Shown here: one piece after another, positions 39,274 through 53,500 of the stretch
Layout: each line of letters starts with the position of its first letter
Position numbering within the stretch: position 1 is the stretch's first letter
Assembly (NCBI GenBank): GCA_964016885.1
Contig: OZ024742.1
Location: 288,114,001-288,178,000, forward strand
Source of the DNA: Eledone cirrhosa
Lineage: Eukaryota
Reading direction: 5' to 3'
DNA: 64,000 nucleotides
Made by a program: the position numbers and the translations under genes
The notes under the pieces: model-generated
The model's input: only the letters and a program-made list of their open reading frames with translations
Told to the model about the DNA's origin: nothing
Database searches by the model: none

Positions 39274-40799
39274 TCATACCAGATAGAAATCATATCAGTG
39301 AGATATGTGTTAGCTCATCCTTTTCTTGAAACTAAACACAAATGTATTCAAAGTTGCAACTATACACATGTATACAGGAGAGACACATATATATTCATAC
39401 AAAAGAAAAGCCATTTAACTGACATCTAAAAGTAAATCATTCTATCAAGACAGATACTAAACTTTACTGATGTTAAAAATCATTCAATGAAAAAATATAT
39501 ATATAACGATAGATATATTCAGATAAGACATAACTGTATAACAAGCTCCTAACACTATATTAAAACCACAACTATATCTACTTTAGTGAGATAACTTACC
39601 ACTGTAATAGTTTTAATTAAAAAAATATTCTTTCTGACTATTATATATTCCATCTAACATATTTCTATAAAAATAAATATTATTGATTTATTTGATGTGG
39701 CATAGGCATGGCTATGCAGTTAAAAAGTTCACTTTGCAGCCATTTGATTTTAGGTTAGATCTTGCATCACAACACCTGGGGCCAACCAATGTCTTATTAT
39801 GGAATTTGGCACTGTGAAGAAGTTTGTTGTGTGTATATGCTGGGGTGCTGAAAAGTTCTTGGCTTTGGGTAAAAGAGTATCAATTAATTATGATATTATT
39901 CAGCATATTCCCCTCTCAGATTCACACACTTATTGCAGCAGTCCTACGTCCACTGTAAAGGTAACAGCTCTACCCTTAAGCCGGGATCTTCTTGGTTTGG
40001 GGTAAAAGAGGATCAGTTAATTATGAATATTATTCAACATATTCCCTGCTCAAATTCACACACTTATTGCAGGTTGTCATGTACTGAGGTTAGACTAGTC
40101 AGATGACTACATCCTACTCATATACTCTGCTTTTGGCTTGTTTTTTTTACAGGTGAATGTCCCTCCTGATAATAACCACTTTACAATGTGTGCTTGGAGT
40201 ATTTTATTGTAACTTTAGCACTACCACCTAACAAGATAAAGTGGGTGTTTTTAGTTTTGGCACCAGCACTACCACCTTACAAGGTGGATTGGGTGTTTTT
40301 CATTATGGCACCAGCACTACCATTTTACAAAGAAGGGTTGTGTGTTTTGTTGTAGCACCAGCACTACCCCATTAAATACTAGTGTGCTCAGAGTCCTTGA
40401 TCAGGCTAAGATGAGAGCGCACTGGCATGTGGTGGTCATCATTATTTTATCTCACTTGTGTAGGAAGGTGAGTCTTTTGCAATATGGCATGTTGCCAGTT
40501 AACTCAAACCTGGATCATCTCATTTGTGGGGTTCAGCTGCGTAAGATTGGCCTTTATATCATCCCAGGTTTTAATCAGTCTTCCTCTTCCATTGGTTCTA
40601 TCAACTTTAAAGCACCCTGCATTTCATAATACAGCTGTCATTTTCTCACTCTCTCACATTCCATAAAGGATGCAGTAACTTATATGTTGCCATATTCTTT
40701 GTTCATGATATAATAAATAAGTATTACAAATATATGTTTTTATATTACAATATCTGGTTGGGAAATATATTTTCCTTAGCTGACCTCTCACTTGGCTAC

Positions 40800-41960
40800 A
40801 GCATGTTCACTAGATAACCACCATCACTACCATTTAATGTACAAAGTTGGCTACCATCAACCAAATGGCTACATCACATGTTCACGAGATAACTGCCATC
40901 ATTATCATTTAATGTAAGAAGTTGGCTACCATCAACTGGTTACATTACATATTCACTAGATAACCACCATAATTATCATTTAAGGTACAAAGTTAGCTAC
41001 CATCAATCAACCGTCTACATCTTATGTTCATTAGATAACCACCATTGCTATCATTTAATGTACAAAGTTAGCTACCATTCAATGTGGGTGTTGAACTCCA
41101 CCAGGGGTGTGTATTCTCACCTCTCTTGTTCATAATCTTAATGATCAGGATTGATGTGTCCAGCTGGGTTGAAAGTGGTATCAGGACTGATGAATGTAGG
41201 ATCAGTCAGCTGGAATTTGTGGAAGACATGGTATTACGTAACTTGTCAGAAGGTGATCTCTGACATACACTTGATAGGTGTGCTGCGTGACAGGAATGAA
41301 AATCAGTGCTGTGAAGACTTGAGACATTCACCCTCTCAAGGAGGCCTGCACAGTGCACTCTACATGTGAGTAGAGTTCCACTGAAGTAGGTGGAAAAGTT
41401 CAAGTATCTTGAAGTTGTGTTCACGAGTGATGGAAGGCAGGAGGCTGAATTAAGTGCAAGAATTGTAGGAGCTGGCGCAGTAATGCACCAGCTTCAACAT
41501 TGTCATCAGAAGAAGAAAGGTAGGTGTAAAAGCCATACTTATTATCTTCAATTCGGTATTCATGCCAGCCTTTACAGTCATGATTTTTGGGGAATGACTG
41601 AAAGAATATGATTGCAAATACAAGTAGCCAGATAGAGCCGCTACTTCTACGAATTAAAAAATCACAGCTCTAATACTGCAGGAATGAATTGCTGGACAGA
41701 TTTTACAAGCAAAACCAACCAGCAGGAGAGACAATAGTAGACACCAAGTAAGGTGGTTGGATAACATCCATGAGCTTGGCTGCTCTTGATTAGGAATCTA
41801 GCTATATCAATTGGAGATGGTTGCTCTGACCGGACCCATTGGAAGGTGTGTTTGAGGACACTGCCCCCATGACCCTCCCAGGAAGAAGCGAAGAAGTTGG
41901 CTACATCACAAGTTTACTACATAACCACCATTATCATTTAATGTACAAAGTTATCCTATT
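40800..41960. repeat. ~70-bp minisatellite (4 units plus 1) interrupted by RTE LINE fragment 41085-41895
   Basis: Unit ATGTTCACTAGATAACCACCAT..ATTTAATGTACAAAGTTGGCTACCATC resumes after the LINE piece. Confidence 0.75.
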
Positions 41961-42341
41961 GGTTACCTAACACACTGTATAATAACTTCTAATATAGTAT
42001 CAAATAATTTTCTACTTTTTGGCACAAGGCCAGCAATTACCCAATGCATTACTGGTACTTTATTTTATCGACCCCGTAAGGATGAAAGGCAAAGTCAACC
42101 TCAGCGGGATATATGGTATCAAATAATGTTAACCTGTTATGTAGCTTGAAAGTAAACAGTTTAGAAAAATGTGCAACTTTTATCATACATTGATCGAATC
42201 TGGGAATTCCATAGTTTATGGTTGTGTTTTACAAGTTTTGTTTAAATGTTCTACATACAAAAGATAAATTTAAGAGTAAACCAACTTTATTGAAATTCCA
42301 GGATATTAAGAAAGTTTACAGAATGAGGAAGTTAGAACTCA

Positions 42342-43476
<1,135 letters not shown>

Positions 43477-44094
43477 ATTTTCTTCTTTCACCACAATATA
43501 CAGATATTTTTCTTCTTTTCGTCTTTATAATTTATTCCTAACCAATTCTGTCTACTGCTATATTCCAATCAACTACATCAATATCTGAAGATGTTGCAAA
43601 TTCCTTTGTAAATTTGTCCAAGTTTAATAAGAATGGAAAATCATATTGTTCACATTTCTGACAGTGAAGTAGAGAAATGTTATTTCACAGCAATTCTACC
43701 ATATATTTATATAAACAGTGTTATATTTGTGCTGTATAACATCCTCTGTTCTTTAAAAGGTGAAAAATATTGATGATGTATCTGAAGTAAACAATTCTGT
43801 TATGGCAATGTCATCTGATATTCTGAAATAATAAAAGAAACAGTATAAGATATAGAGGATACTTAAAATGTAGGGATTTGGTGGTGGAAATTTGACTAAT
43901 AGGATAAACTGTAGGAAAAGACTTTACTTTGGAACCCTCAACTAGGACTAACTCTTTCGATGAAGTGTAACAAGTCATACACCACCTGCAATTTACTTTT
44001 ATTTCCATGGCTGCATTTGTCTCTGTTTGCAAGTGTCCTTCGCTTTTATTTTTACTTTAAGGTTTGTCTTGTATACATGTAAGCTATTGTTGGT

Positions 44095-45290
44095 AATCAT
44101 CATCAGGTTTAGCGTCCGTGTTCCACGCTTGCATGGGTTTGGACGGGGGTTTTCCCACTTGAGGCAAGAGTGGTTGTCTTGCTCGCATAGGACTGTCTGG
44201 CGGGTTTTCTACAGTTGGATGCCCTTCCTAACACCAACCACATTTACAGTGTGGGGCTGGGAGGTTTTTACCGTGTTGCCTACACGGCCACATTACAGTG
44301 TGGACTGTGTGTTTTTTTTGTCGTGACACCTACACGACCTCATTTGTTTCGGCCTGGATGTTGTGGGACCAACATAACTTTACATTGAAAGGGGCGGTGT
44401 GGATGGGGTGGAGGTGGTGGGATGGGGGTGTGTTTTGATAGAGATGCCTACTGACTGTAGTAGGTTTTTACTTTGTATTTAGGTAAGGCGGATCTTCTCT
44501 ATTACTGAGTACCGCCAAAGGTCTCGGTCCAGTGACATTGTCTTGGAGAGGTGTAAGCGTGTGAGGTTGGAATTTATCAGCTCGTCCCATGTTTTTCTGG
44601 GTCTGCCTACTCCGTGGCTACCGTCTATCTTTATTGCCCTGCACTTTGTTATACAGCTGTCGTCTTTCATGCGCATCACGTGACCGTACCAACGTAGCCT
44701 TCTCTCGAGTAAACAACATCTGATCCCTCTTATTTCTAATTTTTTCCTTAGTTCGTTTATGCTTTGCCGTTCACGTATATTACTGTTACACATCCAGCGG
44801 AGCATGCAAGCTTCGTTCCTCTCTAGTCTGCGTATATCCTCTGCACACAATGCCCAGGTCTCACTGCCATGCAGCATTGCTGTTCGTATGCAGGCATCGT
44901 ATAACCTGCCTTTCATTTTTAGGGAGAACCCTCTAGCGGCTAATAGTGGTATAAGCTCTCTGAACTTTTTCCATCCAGTTCTGACTCTAGCTACTGTACT
45001 TTCAGAGCACCCTCCCCCACTGCTGATTTTGTCACCCAGGTAACGGAAGCTGTCCACTATTTCTATAGAACCCTCTGCGCAGTTGAAGGAGCTAGTATTT
45101 TGTGGGCACTTGCTGCTACTTATTGCACCAGAGCACCGGCCACATGTAAAATCTATGTTCTTAGTTAGCTTACCTGTGATCCCACTACATCTTTTATGCA
45201 CCCATACTTTGCATTTGGGACATAAAATGGAGTTTCTACCTACGCCTTTCCTACACACTGAGCATGGCCATTTCCCAGAAGGGAAACACA
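44095..45290 (-). mobile_element. RTE-like LINE 3' portion with PHD-like Cys/His insert and 3' UTR
   Basis: CSVC..CPKC..H..C..CGRC followed by [40 protein letters not shown]; stop at 44479; (GAT)n-type tail. Confidence 0.85.
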
Positions 45291-46318
45291 ATTCATATAA
45301 TAAATATGATTTAGAAAGGAAACGAATACAAGCGGCTGAAATGGGGTTCCTCCGAAGGGTCTTTGAAGTAATGTTACTCAATAGAGTGCGTTGCTTGGAG
45401 ATCAGAGAGTCACTCCAGGTAGAGCTACCACTTCTCTAAATTGAGAGACCACGGCTCTGATACTATGGACATGTTGTTAGAATGTCTCCAGAAAGAATCA
45501 GTGGACAGATTTTACAGGCAAAACCAACCGGCAGGAGACCCAGGGGTAGACCCCAAGCAAGATTGTTAGATAACATCCATGAGCTTGGCTAGTCTCACTT
45601 GGGTATCCAGCTGGAGATAGTTGCTTCTGACAGAACCCGCTGGAAGGAGTGTTTGAGGATTCTGCCCCCAAGTACCTCTCAGGAATAAGAGGACGAAGAA
45701 TAATCAATACAAAATAACTGTTTCTACTTTAGGCACAGCAATTACCCAGTGCATTACTGGTACTTTATTTTATCGACCCCGTAAGGATGAAAATCCAAGA
45801 AAAAATAACGGCAATTGATATGCAGGCTCAATTACACAGGGCAATAAAAAACATGTAGCTAGCCAAGGCACAAACAGCATTGCCAAAGGTAATAAATAGC
45901 AAAGCAAAGGTGATAATAACTTAATAACTCAGTAAGCCCTGTAATAGCCAGGCACCCTTATTTGAATTACCTTATATTTCAGTAGGGTGATTCGCCAACG
46001 ATAACAAGGCCGTTGTTGTCAGCATCCCAACCCCTTCTGAACATGATAAAAGAAATAGTTTACGAATAAATCACAGTATTCCAGAAGTTTATTTCGTGTG
46101 ACTACGGAAGCAGTGACAACAAACTTACCCCCGCAACAGCTACTGGAGGTGTGCACCAAAAGATAAACTGAATAATCCTAAATTGTATTACGAATCTTAT
46201 GACAGAGCAAAGGAAAAGAAACATGATGTAGATGATCAGAGAAGAAAAGACGATTGAATAATATTAATAATTGTTTCTACTTTTGGCACAAGGCCGGCAA
46301 TTATCCAGTACATTACTG

Positions 46319-46804
46319 GGGCATACGTTAAGACGGGCGTTGCGGAAAGTGAAAGTAAATTTTTTGACAACAATGTGAATTTTTTTTTTGTTTTTTTTAC
46401 AGTGAAAGTTACGATATACACGCAATTGAATGGATTTTTTAATATATATATATATGTGTGGGTGTGCATATGTGTGTATATATATGTGTGTCTGTATGTA
46501 TATATATATGTGTGTTTGTATATATATATGTGTTTGTGTCATCATCATCGTTTAACGTCTATCTAAAGAAAAAATAATCACACACGCAATACTAATTAAC
46601 ACCATATCACTATAGAGACCTGTTGTAAATAAACAAACAAATTCACAGTGTACACACATATATACACACCCACATATATTGAGAAATCCATACAATTGCG
46701 TGTGTATCGTAACTTTCATTGTAAAAAAAAACAAAAAAACAAATTCACATTGTTGTCAAAAAATTTACTTTCACTTTCCGCAACGCCCGTCTTAACGTAT
46801 GCCC
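46319..46804. mobile_element. MITE with ~130-bp terminal inverted repeats inserted in a SINE
   Basis: GGGCATACGTTAAGACGGGCGTTGCGGAAAG...CTTTCCGCAACGCCCGTCTTAACGTATGCCC; flanks ATTACTG/ACTACTG. Confidence 0.85.
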
Positions 46805-46888
46805 ACTACTGGTACTTTATTTTATCGACCCCGTAAGGATGAAAGGCAAAGTTGACCTCGGCGGGAATAATAATATTAAGAATGACGG

Positions 46889-46921
<33 letters not shown>

Positions 46922-47456
46922 CGATGATGAGGGGGTGGGGAGAAGAAGATTAACACAAAATACCTCGTATAAAATAACTGCTTCAGTCAACAACTGAATG
47001 AATTAGCCTTTCTTTAGGACACCTCCACGTAAAAAGAACCATATGAAATAATACAGGGATTTTACTGTAAAATGATTTATTACATTTATATATATATATA
47101 TATTATTTAAAAAAAAACAACAAATAATTGTTTTAAGGCGAGTTGTGGCTTCTTTACGCGAATTATAAGTAGTAGATGTAGAGATAATGTGTTGAGGGCG
47201 GGTTGGATTTAGTAGAAAGGAAACTGTGGAAGACCATCGTATGTTATAAATATTTCCAAGTATACAAGTCGAGAAGTAATTTGAAAAAATTATCAAATAT
47301 TAATTTAAAAAATTTTTTTTTTAATAAAGACACGGTTTAGTGGAATTTGTGGATTTTCATTGGTCAACTTTGGTCAGGTGATAAGGAAAGGGAAGGTAGT
47401 AGAAATATATTGTGACTGAGAACTGCTATATATGTCCTGGCGTGTATATATATATA

Positions 47457-49145
47457 TACTAGCAGTTTAGCCCAGCGTTGCTCGGGTTTGTTCATTTGCT
47501 ATGAAAAGTTACATACAGGTAAACGTAGCTTGAAAGCGCATAAGCTTATCAATTAAGTGCATAAAGCAGTTGAACCGGTTATTAATAGTTACGAACCAAT
47601 TAGCATTTTGGACAATCAATGATGGGTTAATAATCTTCCAATAGCGAATTTAGTAGACCAAAGTTGAAAGATGGTGGCCCTGGTGCCGCTGGGTATCAGA
47701 TCTGTCCGCTATGGGTGACCCTACCAGTTTTCCAGACGGCATAGCTCCAACATCTCCAACACCTGCACCAACATCTATAGCACCTCTTTGTAGACGATAT
47801 TGCATGTCATCCCTTGAAGAGTGTAAGCAAAAAGTCCATTCCTGCTCCCTACGCGGGAACAGGCAACATAAAGTTGGCCATGGGAGATTAGCTAGTTTCA
47901 GTCTGAACACTCTGGCAATGAGGTCATGTCTGTTCGAATAATTTTGCCCAGGAAAAAGTTCACGGGTTACATTCCGATTCATATGTCTATAGCATGAATC
48001 TGTTATATGAAGTATTATTTTGCGGGTTGTTATTTGCAATAAGCCGATTGAAAATGCCCCAGATAAGCCGTATGCCAATACGGAACGCTCCACTGCAGTG
48101 TTGTCATATAGTGAGTGAAGAGCGACAGAGAGAGTAAAGCAGTTAAATTATAGAGAGGGGGAATATACGGAACGCTATATTTGATCATATACATTGTTTC
48201 TCTCTCTGCAATGTTGTCATATAGGGAGTGAAGAGCGACAGAAAGAGTAAAGCAGTTAAATTATAGAGAGGGGGAATGATCATGATCGATTTTTGCCCTT
48301 ATTGTTGATTGATTTGAATTTTTTTTGCTTCATGACCTTCTCCTGACCAAAAGCAATAATTGTCCCGACTTTGAATAGAATCCCGTGAAAAAAGTTTTCT
48401 CAATTTTTTGTCTCATATTGAGAAAAACAAAGAAAGAAAATTACAAAAAGGACAACAATAAAATATAATGTCTTTGTTGAGAATCATCTAAATAAATGCT
48501 TAAGCGTCGTTATTGTTACGTTTGTTGTTTTATAAATTCATTTGTTGCTTTTGAATATTTGTTATTTGATGTAAAATGTAAGTGTGGAAAATGTAACGTT
48601 GAGCAAGCAGTATGTATTTAGTGTTATCGGCTTTTTAAATTTTGATATTTGATGTATGAGTGTCATTATGACTGTTTGTTGCTTAGGTTTCAAAGTTTGT
48701 GTCGCGTTCCTTCAAAAGAAGTTTTGTCGTTGTTCTAAACTGTAAAGGGTAGTAGACGGGGGCAGTAACCTATTAAAGAGAGTTGCAGAGGAGATTGAGG
48801 GGGGGGGGGGTAGAGAGAGTGATGAACCTTTTAAAGAGAGTTGCAGAGGATATTGACAGTGGAGTAGAGGAAAAGATGAACCTTTTAAAGAGAGTTGCAA
48901 CATATATGTAGTTTCATATATTTTGATGGTAGTAGTGAGAGGGTTACAGCATGTATTTAGTTTTATCGATTCTTTTTCATAGAAGCAGGAAATTTTTGGC
49001 AAAAATAATTACGCGTTGACCTGCCCTGGTAAATTTGGAGCACATTGGAAAACAATTCATCAAAATCGGTAGAGAAATGTGGAAATGCATAAAAATCATA
49101 CACACACACAGACAGACATCTACCGTTTTCTATATATATATAGAG
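47457..49145. mobile_element. Helitron/Helentron-derived non-autonomous relic
   Basis: TACTAGC..CCCAGCGTTGCTCGGG start, AAAATCGG..ACAGACAGACA..TATATATAG end, and minus-strand Rep-like fragment LFPGQNYSNRHDLIARVFRLKL (~47890-47970). Confidence 0.55.
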
Positions 49146-49160
49146 AGAGATATATATATG

Positions 49161-49715
49161 TATTGGGTTGAGTCATAAATAATCTGTTTTTTTTAAAGCA
49201 GATTGTAACTACGTATTTCAAACTTCCAATATTTTAAACACAACTGGAAATCACCTGATTACAGAGAGTCTTCATTAGTCATTCTTATTTTATTAATGAA
49301 AGAATGCGCATCATAATTTAATCTATGATTTCACGTCCCTAAAGTGGAGGAACCGAAAGTCCATATGCGACAGTAATGTGGGAGTTTAAGAATAACAAAA
49401 ACGCTACAGTAACAGCTAAGAAAATTTGTAGTATTTATAGCCAATGTGTCATTACTGACCTCCAAGTCTGAAACTGGTTTTATAAATTACGTTTTGGGGG
49501 TACGTCATTGAGAGATGAACCCAGCCCAGGACACTCATCAGACATCGATCAAGATGCTTTAAGAGCATTGGTGGAATGCAGTCCGCACAAAAGTACTCGA
49601 GAATTAGCACTTGAACTCAACAGATCCCAATCCACAATCTGCCGCCACTTGGAAAAGATAGGAAAAGTGAGCAGGCTGAGCGTTTGGGTCCCCCATACTC
49701 TTAACAAAGAGTAGA
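49161..49715 (+). mobile_element. Mariner transposon 5' fragment
   Basis: TATTGGGTTG TIR-like start; HTH region STRELALELNRSQSTICRHL..WVPH. Confidence 0.8.
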
Positions 49716-49739
49716 TAACGAACGAAAAAAAAAAAAATA

Positions 49740-50440
49740 ATAATAATAAAATTATTGTGTATAGTGCTCAGGTGCACTACAACTCATCAAAAGTGCAGGT
49801 ATAGTACATAGAATAATGTACAAATGTCAGGAAAGTAAATAGTGTATGAGTCAAGATATACTTGTGTGGGTGTGTATCGAGGAGGGATATCAGGTCTAGT
49901 GTCGGCGAATTTCAGGGAGCATGGAGGTTTTAAAGGATGCAGTGTCCCGGCAGCTAACAACTGATGCAGGTAGTTTGTTCTATGCTTCAGAAACTCTGTG
50001 CGTGATAAAATGTTTCCGAAAGTCTGGGAGCTGTGCTGATTTCTGACTTTGTAGGCATGCCCACATTTGTTAGACACATGGAATTCAAAAAGGTGCTCAG
50101 TGTTGTTGTTGGCAAGACGGTTAATCATTTTGTGGGGATTTACTAAATCAGTTGCCAGACATCGGAGCTTCAATGTATCTGTTCCCAGGAGAGCAAGGCG
50201 TACACAGTATAGTAGATGCCTGATGGAGTGTATTCGCTTCGTTGCACGTCTCTGAACAGTTTCCAGAAAGTCAATGTTCTGAGCAAGATATGGTTTCCAG
50301 ACTGGTGATGCAAATTCTAAGTGTGGCTACACTATAGCTATATACAGCTTTAAATAGATATCTGGAGAGCGGCTAACAAAGGTCTTGCTGAGTGATGCCA
50401 AGACACCCTCGGCCTTCTTGACAATTTTAGAGATGTGCTT
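49740..50440 (-). mobile_element. CR1-clade LINE 3' fragment
   Basis: VRPHLEFASPVW.PY..LETVQRRATKRI and (ATT)n tail. Same family as 58880-59700. Confidence 0.8.
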
Positions 50441-50585
50441 GAAGGGGAAACCTTAATTTTTTTTATAAAAAAAAAACAAAAAAACGAAATACATAGAACT
50501 CTCTCTCTCTATATATATATATATATACGTACACAAACACACACACAATATATCGCTGTACGTTTGCCCTATATATATATATATA

Positions 50586-53500
50586 TGTAGTGACGTGGTT
50601 AGTCGGTCTGGTCACTACTTCTGATCGGATCTGAGAATAGCCCTTAAAAGGACTGTTATCGCATACGGTCTGATCGGATCTGAGAATAGCCCTTAAAAGG
50701 ACTGTTATCGCATACGGTCTGATCGGATCTGAGGATAGCCCTTAAAAGGATGAACAGACGAAGGAAGAAGTTAAAAGAAAGGACGAGCAAGGCGAGAGAT
50801 GTAGTTTCGGTCAGCTATTTATTTTCATACATGAAGCGACGATACAGAGGTACAAGGAGTGTGTGAGTGACAAGTGTGGCAGGGGAGAGGAACAACGATA
50901 CGCGAGCTGAAAGCGTTTGGAACCACTCTATTTATACAAAAATAATCGATTGATGTTTAGCCGCTGTGTAGGCGTTTTATTTTGGTGGCTTAAGAATTGT
51001 TTGTTTCACGGTAAGGTAGCTAGCTAAGCAGATAGATAGAGTTGTTTATTTCACAGATGTTATTTCCGGTGGCTCTACATTATCCCCCTGCCAGATCTTT
51101 TGTACAACAAAAGAGCGAAACATCATATAGTCATGAGCCAGTGGTGCATTTGTCATGACAATAGCCCTAGGAGTGTCCAGCACGTTGTGAAATTTGGTGA
51201 TCAGCGAGTATAGGACAGAGTCGATGTAGAGATGATATGGCAAGATGTGTGTGTCAGGAAGAAAAAAATAAACTATAAAATGACTTTGACCAGATTTATG
51301 CAGGCGTGATGAATGAGCCTGTTGCATTTGGGTTGAGCTGCCTGTGAATTGCGTGACAAAAAGTTTAACGGGGCAGTGAAAATAACCGTAATGGGTGAAA
51401 TGAATGGTCGTAAGCATGTTGTTTGAAAGTAACAGTTTGCTCCAAAGCATATGACTTGAGCGAATGCATGTGGTCAAAAAAATAGCGAGGCATTCTCGAG
51501 CTATTGAGTGAATGTGTACGTAAAAACGAAGGCCAGTGTTTTGAGGATGTGATTTGTGAAATGCGTGATCAAAGAGAAAACATTTTGTAGTGTAAGAGTT
51601 AGAGGGACAAAATATCTATTGCTCAGTGTATGAACGAAAGGTGAAACAAACGTGGTTGTGTAGTGTGCATGAGAAATAGAATATGTACACGCCTTGTATG
51701 TATATAAACATTATGGCAATTACACAATTAATATTGCAGAACATGGAAAATAATAAAAAAATTTGCAAGACACGAGAGAGAAGAAAAAAAAATGCTATAC
51801 ACAATGTTTGTTCTTAAATAGTGTTGTAATAATGTTCATAATAAATAATGTTCTTCGTGACATGAGCACATGGTCATTAAAAATTGCAATTGTTCAAGCA
51901 GAAAGTTCATTGTATTTGAAACTGGAAATAGTAAACACAAGGAAAATGGAAATGTTTTGCAAGAAGAATGATTAAGAAACTCACTTGAGGTTAACAGTAA
52001 TTCACATATTGTGCCAACTTGGCGGGCAAATGGACACGTCGTCCATTTCTCGTGACTGGAGATGAAACAGGTGGCTTGCTGGGACAGCAATCTGTTGGAG
52101 TTTCTGGTGTAGAGACTGTAACAGTATCCATGATGGCTTTTTTTAATCTGTCCACGCTGACAGAATTCTGTTTACCATCTAGATCGAGAATAAAATATTT
52201 CGGATATTTTTTTAGAACACGGTACGGGCCAGAATATGGAGGCCGAAGATGAGCTGAGATGGTGTCGTTTCGAACGAAAACGTGTGTCCAATCTTTAATG
52301 TCTGAAGGTACATGTGTGGCCGTGTTCTGTTGACGGGTGCTTGCAGGAGCAAGGCGAGACATATATTGTCGAAGACGGTGTACATATGATCCTGGGTCTG
52401 GAACATCCTGAGGAGAGATGGGAGCAACCATCTGACCAGGTAGAACCAGGGTGGTGCCGTACACTAATTCTGCAGGTGTGTGTCCGAATTCCTCCTTAAC
52501 GGTGGATCGAATGCTCAGAAGGATGAGTGACAGGTATTCAAACCAGTGGGTCTTGTCTGGATATGGTTTTATTGCAGCTTTCAATTGGCGATGGAATCTT
52601 TCCACAAGACCATTAGCTTGCGGGTGATAAGCTGTCGTTCGGATGTGTTTACATCCTAACAGGTGAGTCAGTTTAGGTGGGAGTCAAATTGGCGTCCTCT
52701 GTCCGTTGTTTTCTTCGCTGGGACACCGTAACGTGATACCCAGTATAAAACCAAAGTTTTGGCGACTGTTTCCGCTAAGGTATCACTTATGAGAAAAGCC
52801 TCAGGCCAACGGGAAAATCGATCTATGCAGGTGAGCAAGTGTGTGCAGTTTTGTGATGGTGGTAGAGGTCCAACGATGTCGATATGCACATGATGAAAAC
52901 GTGCATTAGGTTGCGCGAATGTGCCGAGTGGAGTTTTGATGTGTCTGTGGACTTTGGCTTTCTGGCAGGCTATGCAGCTCCTGGACCAGTCGCGCACGTC
53001 CTTGTTAATGTTAGTTCACACAAAACGAGCAGAGATGAGTTTCTGTGTAGCCCGAATTCCCGGGTGAGACAAACAGTGTGATGCAGAAAAAACTTGTCAA
53101 CGATGCATCTGTGGTACGTACGGTCGTTCATGACCGGTAGAAAGGTCGCACCAAATTTGTCCCGGAGAAGAATGAATGGGAACTTGCTGAAACTTGAGGG
53201 ATGGCGAATCCGATCCTTCGAGCATGTGACGAAAATGTTTAACTGAAAGGTAGGTTGCCAAGTGTTCGCGGCCAAACGTACTGTATTTGGTTTCTGCAGG
53301 GTGCAACCGCTTAGAAAAGAAGGATAAGGGTTGCCAAACGCCGTCGACATATTGTTGTAAAACGCCTCCAGCCCCCGTGTCTGATGCGTCCACTAACAGC
53401 GAAAGAGGAGCGCCAGATCTGGGGAAAACGAGCATGGAAGCGTTTGCCAACATTTCCTTCAGGCGGTTGAAAGATGTTAGTTCTTCCTCGTTCAGAGTGA

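Noticed and set aside
51046-51975. env-like third ORF in the minus-strand Gypsy
   Set aside because: Only short low-complexity ORFs with no signal peptide, furin site or transmembrane pattern. Treated as a long 3' untranslated region.
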